64,000 nucleotides of DNA from Candidatus Hydrothermarchaeum profundi. GTDB lineage: Archaea; Hydrothermarchaeota; Hydrothermarchaeia; Hydrothermarchaeales; Hydrothermarchaeaceae. The DNA lies in assembly GCA_002011125.2 (NCBI GenBank), contig MTMF02000009.1, forward strand, positions 64,001 through 128,000, given 5' to 3'. The notes beneath the pieces are model-generated. The model saw nothing but the letters and a program-made list of their open reading frames with translations. It searched no databases and was not told the origin of the DNA. The first letter of the stretch is position 1, and each line of letters opens with the position of its first letter. Positions 25,568-36,833 of the stretch are shown in pieces. The translations under genes and the position numbers were made by a program.

Positions 25568-28500
25568 GCTTCTCTTTTATGTAACCTCTAACCCACTCCA
25601 CGGCTTCCGATAATTTCTCTTTATCCGATCCAGCCCCCCTACCAAAATCGGGCTTACCCCCACCTCCCCCACCTAATATTGCGCATGCCTTCTTTATAAG
25701 CTCCCCCATATCGATATCTACCTTCTTACCACGTACCCCTAAGACTGATATCCTCTCATTAACCCCGAACAAGACGACTATCCTTTCATCTCCTACTAAC
25801 CTTTGAGCAGCCTTTTGGATCTCCTCCATGCCTCCCTCCATCTCCTCGCATATCAATTCATATTCACCCAATTTTTGGATATGGAGATGTTCAACCTTCT
25901 TCTGTGCAATCTCCTCGGTTAACTTCTCAACTTCCTTTCTCTGCTCCTTCCAAGTCTCAAAGATAAGCTTACATAATTTCTGAAGACTCAACGGCTCTCC
26001 CATTCCTTTTTCTGTGAAAATCTTCAGTTCCTCGATATTTTTTTCCTTGAGATTCAAAGCCCTCCTCATCCTATTAATCTCCCTGTGATCACTAAAGATT
26101 TCATTTAAAAATCGCCTTATGGTGTCCCTAATGCTCCTAGGAGGAACAGAAAAAACATCTGCAGCCTCACCTACCTCATCTATCAAAGCATCCACAAACT
26201 GGAGGTCGGCATCTGAGAGCGAACTTACAGGCTCTCTTTTTAGGACCTTCAATATCCTCTTGCTATTCTCTAATTTTCTCCTAGTCTTCACATCGGTGAG
26301 GCTGGGTACTAACCTTGAGATGACCTCATTACTCATTAAGTCTTCAAGAATAGAGTTATAGGGCTCAAGTATCCTGTCAACAATATATCTCCTAGCAGCG
26401 TCTCCTGCCACGTACTCCAACCTAACTACGCCGTCCTGAATTTTAGTTGAACCTATAATCTTAATATGCTCAGCTTCCCCGGTAAAGTTTAGATGGGTAC
26501 CTCCACATGCCTCTATGTCATACTCATCGATTTTAACAACCCTTATCTCTTTACCAGGCACCGCACCTCCCTGATATAGTCGGAAACCAAATTTGGCTTC
26601 TGCTTCATCCCGCTTATAGATTCTTTTCTCTACCGGGATATTCTGTTTTATAATCTCGTTAGCCCTCTTTTCAATTGCTTTCAATTCCTGCTTTGAAAGA
26701 GCAGAGTAATGAGTGATATCTAATCTAGATTTCTCAGGCGTCTTTTCTGCACCAGCCTGCCATACGTGCTCGCCAAGAAACTCTCTAGCCGCTCCATTAA
26801 TAATATGAGTGGAAGTGTGATGTTGAGCCAGTTGCCTCCTACGAGCCCAGTCTATTTTACCTTTAACCACGTCTCCTTCATTGAACGACATCCTATCAAC
26901 CCTGTGAACAATGACATTCCCCTGCTTAAACACATCGGTAACCCTGCAACCATCAAGATAGCCGGTATCTGTTAACTGTCCCCCGCTGGTTGGATAAAAA
27001 GCAGTCCTATCCAATACGACATATTTATCCTCAAATATCTTTAACACCTTAGCATCGAACTCGATGAGACTATAATCATCGTAATAAAGAATTTCAGTCT
27101 TATCTATACCCGACAAATCAAACTCCTTTAATTTAGTGGCTTTAACTTCACCCTGCGACTGCTCATGGCGCTCTGAGACTCTTATAAAAAAATCTGAGGG
27201 TATTTTAATATCCAGACCCGCTTCCCTTAACATCTCTGGACTAATCCCCTGGGAGTCATAGAGCTCTATAAGTTTCTCTAACGATATATCCTCCCTTTTT
27301 AGCCTAGATACTATCCTCCTAGACTTAGCCTTAGTTTCAGAATACTTTTTCTTCTCGATATCTAAAATCTCTCCAACTTCCTCTAGATTTTCTGTAAGTT
27401 CCGGATACTGCGGCTTAAGATATCTCGCATGAAGATCACATACCTCTGGTAAAGAGACCTCCCAACCATTCTTATATATAAGATCTAAACTCCTCCTTAT
27501 CAAAACCCTAAGATTATAACCCCCTCCCACGTTTGACGGGAGAGCTCCATCACTTAATGCTAGCAAGAGAGAGCGAGAATGGTCCCCTATTGAATAAATA
27601 GCCGCCAGCTTAAGGACTTTTTCCTTTAGCTCTTCTACATCCAGGCCTATTTTACCCGCTATCTCTACCCAAACTCTATCCATATCTGATTCTACAGTAA
27701 GAATACTCGAGTAGGGTATGAAATCTCCAATTACTTCATTTCTCTCGACACCTGTGACATCTAATAAATGCTCAACGACTGTGGGGAATACCGCGTCATA
27801 GCTTGTCGGAGTACCTAACGTAAACCATGCAGGACGCTCTTGACCCATACCCATATCAAGAACCTTAATAGCAAGCTCCTTAGGAACTCCTGACTTTATG
27901 TCATATTGCATATACACTTGATTTCCTATCTCAAGTCCCCTAGAAAAGAATTCCATGCTAGGACCCATGTTTCCTCCCCCTGCCCATGCGTCCTCATGAA
28001 ATTGAATTTCCCCTTTCGGTATTTTCATGCCTTCAACCAACCATGCATATATGTGTCGAAGATACTCGCTGGGCTTGTAGTTCTCAGGCTTTTCAAAAGC
28101 ATGCTGTCCGATCATAACGAAACCGGTATAATGCCTACCGGTAATGCCAACATTGTCAGTATCATTAAAACGTAAACAAAATTGAGGCACTACAAGAGGA
28201 TTAGCCGGAGGATCTACTTCCCCAGAAACACAATATGGTTGAAAATCATATATAGATGCCTGCACAAAATCCGTGTCATCTCTCCAACGAGCCACGACCG
28301 GATATCTCGGTATAGGAGTATACCCGAATCTTTCAAAGAGCTTTGCAAACTTTTTCCAAGTTTCAATATAGTCCATCTTATTCCTTGCTGGTGAATTTCC
28401 AATGAAGTCATATCCCCCAGAACACTCAGGCTCGCCACATACCTCCCTCTCAGAATAAGACCAAAAATAGCTACCGCATTTTACACATCTCTGTCTCTCA

Positions 28501-28598
28501 AATCCTTCTTCTATTAGTACCTCTACAGGATAATATTTAGTCGGATCCTGCTGAGCTTTAATCTTAAACTGCTTTTTTATTTCCTTCTCGGAACGCAT
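25560..28598 (-). CDS. alaS: Alanyl-tRNA synthetase (archaeal) with extended linker
   Basis: RYPVVARWRDD, QFCLRFND.DNVG.TGRH, editing HHTSTH and CGGTH, C-terminal GGGGGK. Confidence 0.97.
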   Translation of the reverse strand: MRSEKEIKKQFKIKAQQDPTKYYPVEVLIEEGFERQRCVKCGSYFWSYSEREVCGEPECSGGYDFIGNSPARNKMDYIETWKKFAKLFERFGYTPIPRYPVVARWRDDTDFVQASIYDFQPYCVSGEVDPPANPLVVPQFCLRFNDTDNVGITGRHYTGFVMIGQHAFEKPENYKPSEYLRHIYAWLVEGMKIPKGEIQFHEDAWAGGGNMGPSMEFFSRGLEIGNQVYMQYDIKSGVPKELAIKVLDMGMGQERPAWFTLGTPTSYDAVFPTVVEHLLDVTGVERNEVIGDFIPYSSILTVESDMDRVWVEIAGKIGLDVEELKEKVLKLAAIYSIGDHSRSLLLALSDGALPSNVGGGYNLRVLIRRSLDLIYKNGWEVSLPEVCDLHARYLKPQYPELTENLEEVGEILDIEKKKYSETKAKSRRIVSRLKREDISLEKLIELYDSQGISPEMLREAGLDIKIPSDFFIRVSERHEQSQGEVKATKLKEFDLSGIDKTEILYYDDYSLIEFDAKVLKIFEDKYVVLDRTAFYPTSGGQLTDTGYLDGCRVTDVFKQGNVIVHRVDRMSFNEGDVVKGKIDWARRRQLAQHHTSTHIINGAAREFLGEHVWQAGAEKTPEKSRLDITHYSALSKQELKAIEKRANEIIKQNIPVEKRIYKRDEAEAKFGFRLYQGGAVPGKEIRVVKIDEYDIEACGGTHLNFTGEAEHIKIIGSTKIQDGVVRLEYVAGDAARRYIVDRILEPYNSILEDLMSNEVISRLVPSLTDVKTRRKLENSKRILKVLKREPVSSLSDADLQFVDALIDEVGEAADVFSVPPRSIRDTIRRFLNEIFSDHREINRMRRALNLKEKNIEELKIFTEKGMGEPLSLQKLCKLIFETWKEQRKEVEKLTEEIAQKKVEHLHIQKLGEYELICEEMEGGMEEIQKAAQRLVGDERIVVLFGVNERISVLGVRGKKVDIDMGELIKKACAILGGGGGGKPDFGRGAGSDKEKLSEAVEWVRGYIKEKLI

Positions 28599-28757
28599 GG
28601 TAACAGAAATTAAATGAAAAACATTTAAATATTTCTAAGGAAGGGAAGTGAAAAAAGAAGCCATTTATGGAGAGGAGAGAGGAGGATATTCACTTCCCTA
28701 GATATATTGAGATATTATTAAATATATATCTAGATTTCCCAAAATTAAGCCCAGATT

Positions 28758-30689
28758 TTACCCAAATTCCTCGGTATAGCATCTAAGTACTTCTGCTACA
28801 CTCCATGCCTGAGATATAGCGCCTTTTGGAGCATAAGGCGGGTCTCCATCGAATATCTCAGAAATACTGCCTAAGCCGGAATCATTAAGATGGGTTACGA
28901 GTTTATTTAAGAATTTTTTAACATGCGCGTTCCCATTAACCCTACGATATGCAGTGATAAAATGCCCCAACAGCCATGGCCACACGGTACCCTGATGATA
29001 AGCCAAGTCTCTAGATTCCTGATTTCCATAATAGGTACCCTTATACTCCGATTCTCTAGGAGAAAGAGTTCTAAGGCCATAAGGAGTAAGAAGGTCTTTT
29101 TCTACAACTGCAACTACCCTTTTTGCTCTGCTTTTGCTAAGCATACTATAGGGTAGACTTACAGCCAATATTTGATTAGATCTAATAGACGGATCATTTT
29201 CACCATCCCTAACCACATCGAAAAGGCAGCCTGCATTAATATTCCAGAATTTTTCGTTAAAGCTACACATAGTTTTTTCAGCAAGAGTTGAGTAACTCGC
29301 AGAGTCGTATCCAAGTTTCCTTGAAATCTTTTCTGCAATCTTAAGTGAGTTATACCACAAAGCATTGATTTCGACCACTTTCCCTTCTCGAGGGGTTACA
29401 GGTTTACCATTAACTTGAGCATCCATCCAAGTATATTGGGAAGGAGACCATATTAGGTGATCAGACTCCATTCTAATACCATTAATCCCTCCCCTGTAAG
29501 CCTCAATGATCCCACACATAGTAGGCCATAAATACCTAATAAAATCGAGATCTTGAGTATATTCTAAATATTTATCCACTGCATAAAAAAACCAGAGCGA
29601 TGCATCTGCAGAATTATATTCCGGATCTCCGTCTTCAGTAAACCTGTTAGGTATTAAACCATGCTTACTAGCCCTGCAAAATGTCTCTAATATCTCTTTG
29701 GAGTCACCAAATCTCTCTGTAGCAAGAGTTAGCCCTGGCAGAGAAATCATAGTATCCCTCCCCCAATCATCAAACCAGTGATAGCCTGCTATTATCGACT
29801 TGCCCCTTCCTCTTTTAACTATAAAAGAATCAGCAGCAAGAGTTAGCTTCCTTAGGGTGCCTTTTTTCCCTTTTACTAAATTTTTCTTTCTTTTTACTTC
29901 AGCTTTAAAAAGACCTTCAAAATGATTAGAGTCCCGAGAAAATATTCTCCTAAAGCTTCCTTCGACTTTTCTGCCTCCGACTGCAAGGATGTTAAACTTT
30001 TCTCTGCCTTCAATTCTTATCCGAAATTCTCCAGGAGAGTAATGATCTTCAGTATCATCGTAACCTCTTTCCCCCTCTACATCGTATACCATATCATGGT
30101 ACCAGCACCCATTTGGAAAAAACTCTGCTAGGTCAGAAGCTATCATTAAAGTAGGGGAGTTAATAAAATCTGGTGTCAATTTTACTATGCCCCTGCTGAT
30201 CTCCTCTATAAAATCCCATCCAAGGTTACGTCTATGTAGATTAGAGTGAAAGCTCCTACAGTTGACTAAGGGCCTTATACGCATTTCTCCCTCCCCTACA
30301 GCCTCATAAGAAACAACTACAGCATTAAAACCGTAGATAGTGTAGATCTTTTTCTTAACCTGAAGCCCATATACATCGTAACTAAATGTAGGGAAAAAGT
30401 CCAGAACAAAGCCTGTCTGATATTCATAGCCCCTAGGATAAATAGTGCCTGGGATATACTTATTTGTAGATATACTAAATGATCCTCCGCCAGTCAACAA
30501 CTCTTCTTCTAACTTAGATAATAAAAGCCAACGATTCACAGGAGGATTAAGGGCTGCTACTAATAAGCCGTGATATTTCCTACTGTTGAGACCTATCACC
30601 GTAGAAGAAGAATATCCGCCAAGGCCGTTTGAAACTAGCCACTCTTTTTTGCATCCTTCTTCTAGAGATAAATGTTCAAGAGAAAACAT
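28758..30689 (-). CDS. Glycogen debranching enzyme (amylo-alpha-1,6-glucosidase)
   Basis: EWLVSNGLGGY, IAGYHWF.DWGRD, TWMD, YHQG.VWPW, QAWS. Confidence 0.92.
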   Translation of the reverse strand: MFSLEHLSLEEGCKKEWLVSNGLGGYSSSTVIGLNSRKYHGLLVAALNPPVNRWLLLSKLEEELLTGGGSFSISTNKYIPGTIYPRGYEYQTGFVLDFFPTFSYDVYGLQVKKKIYTIYGFNAVVVSYEAVGEGEMRIRPLVNCRSFHSNLHRRNLGWDFIEEISRGIVKLTPDFINSPTLMIASDLAEFFPNGCWYHDMVYDVEGERGYDDTEDHYSPGEFRIRIEGREKFNILAVGGRKVEGSFRRIFSRDSNHFEGLFKAEVKRKKNLVKGKKGTLRKLTLAADSFIVKRGRGKSIIAGYHWFDDWGRDTMISLPGLTLATERFGDSKEILETFCRASKHGLIPNRFTEDGDPEYNSADASLWFFYAVDKYLEYTQDLDFIRYLWPTMCGIIEAYRGGINGIRMESDHLIWSPSQYTWMDAQVNGKPVTPREGKVVEINALWYNSLKIAEKISRKLGYDSASYSTLAEKTMCSFNEKFWNINAGCLFDVVRDGENDPSIRSNQILAVSLPYSMLSKSRAKRVVAVVEKDLLTPYGLRTLSPRESEYKGTYYGNQESRDLAYHQGTVWPWLLGHFITAYRRVNGNAHVKKFLNKLVTHLNDSGLGSISEIFDGDPPYAPKGAISQAWSVAEVLRCYTEEFG

Positions 30690-30696
30690 AGAAGGC

Positions 30697-31011
30697 TTAG
30701 CCGAAGAGAGCGCCAAGCCCTTCTATAGCTTCTTCCTCTGAAACCTCTTCTTTCTTTTCTTCTTTTTCTTCCTCTTTCTTCTCTTCTGCTGGAGCTTCCG
30801 GTGCTGCTGGCGCAGCAGGTGCAACAGGTGTTACTGCTGCTTGCTTTATCGCCTCATCTATGTCTACTCCTTCCAGAGCCGCTACTAAAGCCTTCACCCT
30901 AGCTTCATCCGGCTTTATTCCCGGCGCCTTTAATACTTTTTTAATGTTTTCCTCGTTTATCTCTTTTCCAGCAGAGTGTAACAACATAGCAGCGTAAATG
31001 TATTCCATCAC
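30697..31011 (-). CDS. rpl12: 50S ribosomal stalk protein P1 (L12p)
   Basis: [18 protein letters not shown]. Confidence 0.97.
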   Translation of the reverse strand: MMEYIYAAMLLHSAGKEINEENIKKVLKAPGIKPDEARVKALVAALEGVDIDEAIKQAAVTPVAPAAPAAPEAPAEEKKEEEKEEKKEEVSEEEAIEGLGALFG

Positions 31012-31020
31012 TTCACCTCC

Positions 31021-32031
31021 TTATCCAAATAGTGCTCCAAGCCCTTCTACTGCTTCTTCCTCTGAAACCTCTTCTTTCTCCTCAGTTTTTTCCTCTTCTT
31101 TTTCTTCTTTCTTTTCCGCTCTTTGTGCCGAAGAAGGCCTTGTAGATAATTTTTCTTTAAGATCGTCGTCTATAGCATCAGTTGTAAGATGGGATGCAAT
31201 CGATAACATCTGCAAATATGATTTTGACAAGATATCACCTATAATTTCAGGTTCATAAATCTCCGCCTGAAGTCCTAGTGCTCTGGCTTCAGAATAAGCT
31301 TTCCTAATAGCCATTGGAGCAGTTTCTTTAGTTATATATCCTGAGTAAATAGAGAGATTAACTGCATGAAGGAAAGCGTCTTGAATATCTGATATAACTT
31401 TTTCTTCATCTATAGATAGTATATCCGGCAAAAAGATAGTTCCATTTTCCCAAGCGGCCAATAGATCAAGTCCCACCTCAAGAGGCTCAATCCCTAATCT
31501 TGCTAAAACAGAGGCCAATTCCGGACTAATTCTTTCCCCTTCCTTTACAACTAATTTGTCCTCGCTTATAGCTATTTTACCCCCAGAGATCTTGGTTGGG
31601 ATACCCACCCGCTGAAGCTCACTTAACATAGGTCCTGGAGGGAAGGGGGTCTCGCCTTTTTTAACAACAATATCCTTAGGAGCTATACTATTAGGCTTTG
31701 CTGGAGCAGGAGTTTTGCTTTTGTCAAGTATTTTATAAAGTTTAAAAGGATTCACCTTAGAAAAGATGAAAGCAGGCTGTCCCTTAATATGTTCTTCTAA
31801 TGCTTTAAGGCTCTTCTCTTCTTTTGACGCTTTTTCTAAGGCGTGTTTAATTAACGATTTTTTGGACATCTTTATAAGGACTTCACCACGTAGTAGGTCC
31901 CTCATCTTTTGAAGCTGCCGTGCGGGAATCCCTTCCATATTAACTATTCCAACTACTGGATACTCCTTTAGATATGCTGCCATTTTATCTACTTCTTCCA
32001 GTTTCCACTTGGCAACTTTAGTCATTTTCAA
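31021..32031 (-). CDS. rplP0: 50S ribosomal protein uL10 (P0)
   Basis: WK..V, LQKMR, PAPAKP..AP.DI, C-terminal GLGALFG. Confidence 0.97.
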   Translation of the reverse strand: MKMTKVAKWKLEEVDKMAAYLKEYPVVGIVNMEGIPARQLQKMRDLLRGEVLIKMSKKSLIKHALEKASKEEKSLKALEEHIKGQPAFIFSKVNPFKLYKILDKSKTPAPAKPNSIAPKDIVVKKGETPFPPGPMLSELQRVGIPTKISGGKIAISEDKLVVKEGERISPELASVLARLGIEPLEVGLDLLAAWENGTIFLPDILSIDEEKVISDIQDAFLHAVNLSIYSGYITKETAPMAIRKAYSEARALGLQAEIYEPEIIGDILSKSYLQMLSIASHLTTDAIDDDLKEKLSTRPSSAQRAEKKEEKEEEKTEEKEEVSEEEAVEGLGALFG

Positions 32032-32675
32032 CCACCAACTTTTACACTTGGACCCATAGTCGTGCTTAGGTAAACTGACTTTATATTATTATAGCCCTTT
32101 TCAAGCTTTCTTTCGATAAATCCCAGAACAGCTTCAATATTTTCAACGATCTTTTTGTCTTCCATGTTCTCTGTACCTACCGGTACATGTATCACGGGGT
32201 TTTCCTTAGTTCTAATCCTAACAGTTTTTCTAAGCCTGTCAACGAGAGGTTGCAATGGCGCACCAGGGGGTATAGGCTTAGGCATCTTACCCCTTGGACC
32301 GAGGATTGGACCAAGAGATTTACCTACCAAAGCCATGAGATTGGTAGGTGAAATAAAAAAGTCCATCTCCTCCGCAAGCTTTCTAGCCTCTCTTTTTTTA
32401 CCTGCCAGAGACTCCAGCTCTTCCTTCGTGATTACCTTGTCTGCAATTTTTTTAGCCTGCAAAGCGAGTTCATCTTCTCCAATGACACAAATCTTAACTT
32501 GTTTGCCTCTGCCGTTCGGTAGGACAATTTCCTCGTTTATTCTATTTTCTGGCTTATTCAGATCCATATCTTTCAAATTAATGGCCAATTCAATGCTCTG
32601 AGTGAAATTCCTTTTTTTGGATTTTTCTTTAACTTCTTTAACAGCTCTAGAAATATCTTCAATAGGTATCGCCAT
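32028..32675 (-). CDS. rpl1: 50S ribosomal protein uL1
   Basis: RNFTQSIEL.INLK, LGPRGKMP, TTMGP. Confidence 0.97.
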   Translation of the reverse strand: MAIPIEDISRAVKEVKEKSKKRNFTQSIELAINLKDMDLNKPENRINEEIVLPNGRGKQVKICVIGEDELALQAKKIADKVITKEELESLAGKKREARKLAEEMDFFISPTNLMALVGKSLGPILGPRGKMPKPIPPGAPLQPLVDRLRKTVRIRTKENPVIHVPVGTENMEDKKIVENIEAVLGFIERKLEKGYNNIKSVYLSTTMGPSVKVGG

Positions 32676-32682
32676 AGGACAC

Positions 32683-33165
32683 TTACTCCGCTAACTTATC
32701 GTCATATAAACCTTGTGAAATCTCAGACTGAACTACCTTAGGAGATTTACCATCCACGGTAACTCCCATAGATAAACATGTACCTAAGACTTCCTTTACC
32801 GCTGCTTTTAAATCTACTGCAAGCATGCTATCCTTCTTCATTTTTGCTATTTTTTTTAAGCTTTCAAAGCTTAGATTCCCTATCGGTTCAATAGCATCTC
32901 CTGAACCTTTTTCAGCTCCAAGCTCCTTTAGTATCAAGGCGCTGGTCGGAGGACTACCAACTTCTATCTCAAACTCCTTGGAGGAAGTATCAACTATTAC
33001 CTTCACAGGGACTTTCATCCCTTGATAATCTTTAGTTTTTTCGTTAATAACGTCAACAACTTTACTTATGTTCACACCCAAAGGCCCTAAAGCGGGTCCT
33101 AATGGAGGTCCACTACTGGCCTTGCCACCTTCAACGAGCGCTTCAATCTCCTGCTTCACTTTCAT
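32683..33165 (-). CDS. rpl11: 50S ribosomal protein uL11
   Basis: [16 protein letters not shown]. Confidence 0.97.
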   Translation of the reverse strand: MKVKQEIEALVEGGKASSGPPLGPALGPLGVNISKVVDVINEKTKDYQGMKVPVKVIVDTSSKEFEIEVGSPPTSALILKELGAEKGSGDAIEPIGNLSFESLKKIAKMKKDSMLAVDLKAAVKEVLGTCLSMGVTVDGKSPKVVQSEISQGLYDDKLAE

Positions 33166-33613
33166 GCTCCTCCTTTCTTATAACTTTAATGCTGTCACCT
33201 TGAACGGTGACAGGTATCGGAACAGTAGCTTCAAAAAGTTCTACAGTGATTTCTTCTTTTTTAAGGTCAACCCTCACTACCCTCGCTTTTTCTCCCTTGA
33301 AAGGACCGCTCACGAGTTCTACAATATCCCCTGCATCAACTTTAGTGACCATGGGCTTAGGTTCAAAGAATTTCTCAATCTCGGATAAATCTATTTCTCC
33401 CTCAACCACGCCTCTCGCATGAGACACCCCATGAAGCGATTTTTCAATTTCTGTCTTATTAACAGCCTCAACTAAAATATAGCCTCTTATATCATGCGGC
33501 ACGAGAACTGATTGAATCTCAAAATTTTCCTTCTCAGTTCTAGCGGTAATCATATCTGCTACGCTTCTTTCCCTACCAATGGTAGTTCTTACTGCATAAA
33601 TTTTCGTCTCCAT
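33143..33613 (-). CDS. spt5: Transcription elongation factor Spt5 (NusG family)
   Basis: NGN domain, GYILVE, KOW GDIVEL.SGPFKGE.A. Confidence 0.95.
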   Translation of the reverse strand: METKIYAVRTTIGRERSVADMITARTEKENFEIQSVLVPHDIRGYILVEAVNKTEIEKSLHGVSHARGVVEGEIDLSEIEKFFEPKPMVTKVDAGDIVELVSGPFKGEKARVVRVDLKKEEITVELFEATVPIPVTVQGDSIKVIRKEEHESEAGD

Positions 33614-33634
33614 CTTACTCAACCGGCTATAGTC

Positions 33635-33805
33635 TTACAATATTACCCCAGTTAATTGTATTGCTATACGGATTAGAAATCCTATTGCACCAATAATAAC
33701 TATCCCAAGTCCAGTAATTTTTGCAACCATAATGTACTCCGACTTAGTAGGCTTCCTAGAAAGCTTTATTACTCTATCCCACTCTCTTACCTTTTCCTTA
33801 ATCAT
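33635..33805 (-). CDS. secE: Protein translocase SecE/Sec61-gamma; not in ORF track
   Basis: [45 protein letters not shown]; conserved ftsZ-secE-spt5 order. Confidence 0.93.
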   Translation of the reverse strand: MIKEKVREWDRVIKLSRKPTKSEYIMVAKITGLGIVIIGAIGFLIRIAIQLTGVIL

Positions 33806-33807
33806 TT

Positions 33808-34926
33808 TCATTCTAAGAAATCAATGCCCAACTCGCTCTTGAGATCCCTCTCCCTCTCCCGCCGGATAGGGGTCTCTTCTGCTCCAAGGATCTGTTTAGA
33901 TTTCACTCCAGTAATCACTAACATTACCCTCAGCAATCCTTTTAAATCTTCTTCTATTTGCGCACCCCATATTATGTTGGCCCTGGGATCTAGCCTTTCA
34001 GAAACGACCTGTACTACCTGCTCTGCTTCAGTTAATGTCAAATCTTCTCCACCAACCACGTTTATTAAAGCACCACTGGCTCCAGTTATATCAACGTTAA
34101 GTAATGGACTATTAACTGCTTTCTCTATCGCCTCCACAGCCCTATTCTCAGTATCGCTTTCACCCATACCAATCATCGCCACTCCGCCGCCTTCCATCAC
34201 TGCCCTAATATCAGCAAAATCTAAGTTAATTAAGCCCGGCTTAGTAATGAGTTCAGCAATACCTTTAACCGCCCTTACAAGTATCTCATCAGCTACTTTG
34301 AAGGCAGCTGGCAAAGGAAGATTTGGAGCAATTTCCAATAGCTTATCATTGGGTATAACTATAACTGTGTCAGCCTCTTTCCTAAGCTTCTCTAAACCCA
34401 TTTCCGCATTTCCTCTCCTTCTAAGACCCTCCATAGTGAATGGAAAAGTAACTATTGCAACAGTCAACGCTCCCAATTTCTGAGCGATATCTGCGATTAT
34501 AGGTGCACTTCCTGTTCCAGTACCTCCACCAAGACCACAGGTTATAAAAACTAGGTCTGCGCCTTGAACGACCTCTTTAATTTCTTTTTCACTCTCTTTG
34601 GCTGCTTCCTCTCCTATCTGCGGTACAGAACCCGCACCTAAACCCCCAGTAAGCTCTCTTCCAATCAACACCTTCCTGTGAGCAGAAGTGTACAAAAGAT
34701 CTTGAGCATCAGTGTTGATAGCTATAGTTTCAGCACCCTCAATGCCAACCTCCATTAGCCTGCTTATAGTATTACCCCCCGCTCCACCTGTGCCTATTAC
34801 AACTATCCTTGCTTTAGTGCGGGAGAGTATCTTCTCTAATTCTTCATCTATAGCCCCTCGAGGCCTCGGGGTACCAAATTTATCTTTAGCGGTATTTTTC
34901 AAAGCATCTTCAATAATAGAATCCAA
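33808..34926 (-). CDS. ftsZ: Cell division protein FtsZ
   Basis: GGAGGN, NTDAQ, GGGTGTG, INLDFAD. Confidence 0.98.
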   Translation of the reverse strand: MDSIIEDALKNTAKDKFGTPRPRGAIDEELEKILSRTKARIVVIGTGGAGGNTISRLMEVGIEGAETIAINTDAQDLLYTSAHRKVLIGRELTGGLGAGSVPQIGEEAAKESEKEIKEVVQGADLVFITCGLGGGTGTGSAPIIADIAQKLGALTVAIVTFPFTMEGLRRRGNAEMGLEKLRKEADTVIVIPNDKLLEIAPNLPLPAAFKVADEILVRAVKGIAELITKPGLINLDFADIRAVMEGGGVAMIGMGESDTENRAVEAIEKAVNSPLLNVDITGASGALINVVGGEDLTLTEAEQVVQVVSERLDPRANIIWGAQIEEDLKGLLRVMLVITGVKSKQILGAEETPIRRERERDLKSELGIDFLE

Positions 34927-34967
34927 TATAATGCCTCCTATGGAGATGAGTTACGATAAGAATTATA

Positions 34968-36209
34968 CTATATGTATTTAAATATTTCTTCATCTTTTAT
35001 TTTAATTCGCTTTTCTTTTACCTTTACGACCATCTCAGGAGTTATTTCCCTACCCTCTAGCTTAACTGAGTTTCCTCGAGCTAATTTCCCAAATAACGGT
35101 CCATCTTTTATCCCAAGCATCCTTGCCTTATCTGGATCAAACTTCATCTCTCTTAGGATAAGATATGTTCCATCTATCTTTATCTGATATTTCTTTTTTA
35201 ATATCTCAAAGCATGCCTTTATAACTCTTGAGCGGATATCTTCTTTTGCCTGGAATTTGTTTTTTAATTTGCCATCCTTATCTCTTATTACTACACCGCC
35301 TTTCTCTAAAATTAAAGACTCGATTTTTTTCCTATCGATCTTTTCTGCTTCCTTGAAAAATTCCTCTTCTATTTCAAATTCTGGAAGTACTGGCTTCTTT
35401 GCTAGATCTTTACCTCTCTTAAGTTCCAAACCTACCTCCTCAGCCAGCTTTTTGGCTCTTACCCTATGCTCTTTTTTCATTCCCTTCCAGTCTAGGAGTC
35501 CAAAAAGTGCTCCTGTTTTCTTTATTGCCTGCTGAAATACTTCTCTACGGATATCTAATACAGAGTAGCTTGGAATGATATGCCCAATAGCTACATCGCT
35601 TTCAAGCATAATTTTAGTATGAATTGGAGCATAGTGAGTCCCTCCAATACCAATAGCCCTCGGAAAATCTTGCCGGTTCCGTGCTGCATTCAATACAGCT
35701 CTAGCTACAGCTCTTATCGCTTTCTTATCCTCCCATTCCTCCACAGTACTCCCTACTTCAACAAACAAAAGAGGCTTTTGCAGGTCTGTAGGACCATGAT
35801 GCGTGGCCTCCATGGAAACCCTATATCCCAGTGCTAAGTCCTTATTCGCTTTATAGAGCTCTCTTAAAGCTACTTTCATAGCGGCAGGCTGGGGTATAGA
35901 TAATTTTTCTGGCCTACCCCCAACTTTAGCTTCCGAAGTTAGGTTTCCAGTTGCATGTACTGTCAGAGTCTTTTCTCCTGACTCACTCTTATGCCTCGAT
36001 GCAAAGACATAAAACTCGGGATCAAAGAATCCATCAAGATGCTCCGCCTGCGTTTGACTTTTTTCTGTAGAAATAAGCCAGATTTCTCCTTTTTCATATA
36101 TAGGCATTCCTTCAAATTCGCCTTTCTCCTTAAATCCGAAATTCTTAGCTAATTCATTATAAATGTTTTTACCAGCTATATCTCTGTGAGATGTTACTAT
36201 CAGCCGCAT
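34968..36209 (-). CDS. dtdA: D-aminoacyl-tRNA deacylase (DTD2) with C-terminal extension
   Basis: SRH.S, LTVH.TGN, EATHHGP, FVEVGS, GGTHY. Confidence 0.9.
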   Translation of the reverse strand: MRLIVTSHRDIAGKNIYNELAKNFGFKEKGEFEGMPIYEKGEIWLISTEKSQTQAEHLDGFFDPEFYVFASRHKSESGEKTLTVHATGNLTSEAKVGGRPEKLSIPQPAAMKVALRELYKANKDLALGYRVSMEATHHGPTDLQKPLLFVEVGSTVEEWEDKKAIRAVARAVLNAARNRQDFPRAIGIGGTHYAPIHTKIMLESDVAIGHIIPSYSVLDIRREVFQQAIKKTGALFGLLDWKGMKKEHRVRAKKLAEEVGLELKRGKDLAKKPVLPEFEIEEEFFKEAEKIDRKKIESLILEKGGVVIRDKDGKLKNKFQAKEDIRSRVIKACFEILKKKYQIKIDGTYLILREMKFDPDKARMLGIKDGPLFGKLARGNSVKLEGREITPEMVVKVKEKRIKIKDEEIFKYI

Positions 36210-36226
36210 TACTCCCGCCTCATACT

Positions 36227-36811
36227 CTAGGCTTCCTTGCTTAATATAAGTGGAATCAATTCATCTATAGAGTCCACATAGAAATCTGCTTCTCCAATTA
36301 CATCCTCAGAAAACCTACTTCTTATTAGTCCAGTTGTAATTCCAACCGCTCTACCCGCATCGAGGTCATATCTATGATCTCCTACAAAGACCGCTTCATC
36401 TTTATTTAATTCTAAGTGATTTAAAACTAGCTCTAATTGTTTACCACTAGGCTTTGGCTCTCCGTCTTCCCTAGTTATAACTACATCAAAGTCAAGCCCA
36501 TGTTTTTTAGAAATAATCTCAACAGCCTTTTTATTATTTCTAGTAACTAGGGCCTTCTTGATACCCCTCTTAGTTAGTAGCTCAAAAAGTTCACTTACCC
36601 CCGGATTAAGCTCCGAATGTAGAGCGGCCTCACATTCATGTTCTATCAGTATTCTTTCAGCTTTTTTCCTTTTTTCTCCTTTTAACCTAGATATAATCTC
36701 CATTAAGCTCATCTCTATGTCCTCGCCAAGGATTTCCCTCTTTATCCCAGAGATGTCGAGATTGAATTTAGTTAAAGTCCCATCTAGATCAAATATAACC
36801 AGCTTAATCAT
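36227..36811 (-). CDS. HAD-family hydrolase
   Basis: FDLDGTL, TRN, KP, VGD...D. Confidence 0.9.
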   Translation of the reverse strand: MIKLVIFDLDGTLTKFNLDISGIKREILGEDIEMSLMEIISRLKGEKRKKAERILIEHECEAALHSELNPGVSELFELLTKRGIKKALVTRNNKKAVEIISKKHGLDFDVVITREDGEPKPSGKQLELVLNHLELNKDEAVFVGDHRYDLDAGRAVGITTGLIRSRFSEDVIGEADFYVDSIDELIPLILSKEA

Positions 36812-36833
36812 CGAGAAAAAAAAAGAAATTTAA

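Noticed and set aside
30697-31100. Near-identical repeat at about 30700-30760 and 31020-31080
   Set aside because: Known shared C-terminus ([16 protein letters not shown]) of archaeal P0 and P1
33824-34483. Long antisense ORFs (also 49404-50018, 39194-39745, 32155-32601 and others)
   Set aside because: Shadow frames of conserved genes on the opposite strand
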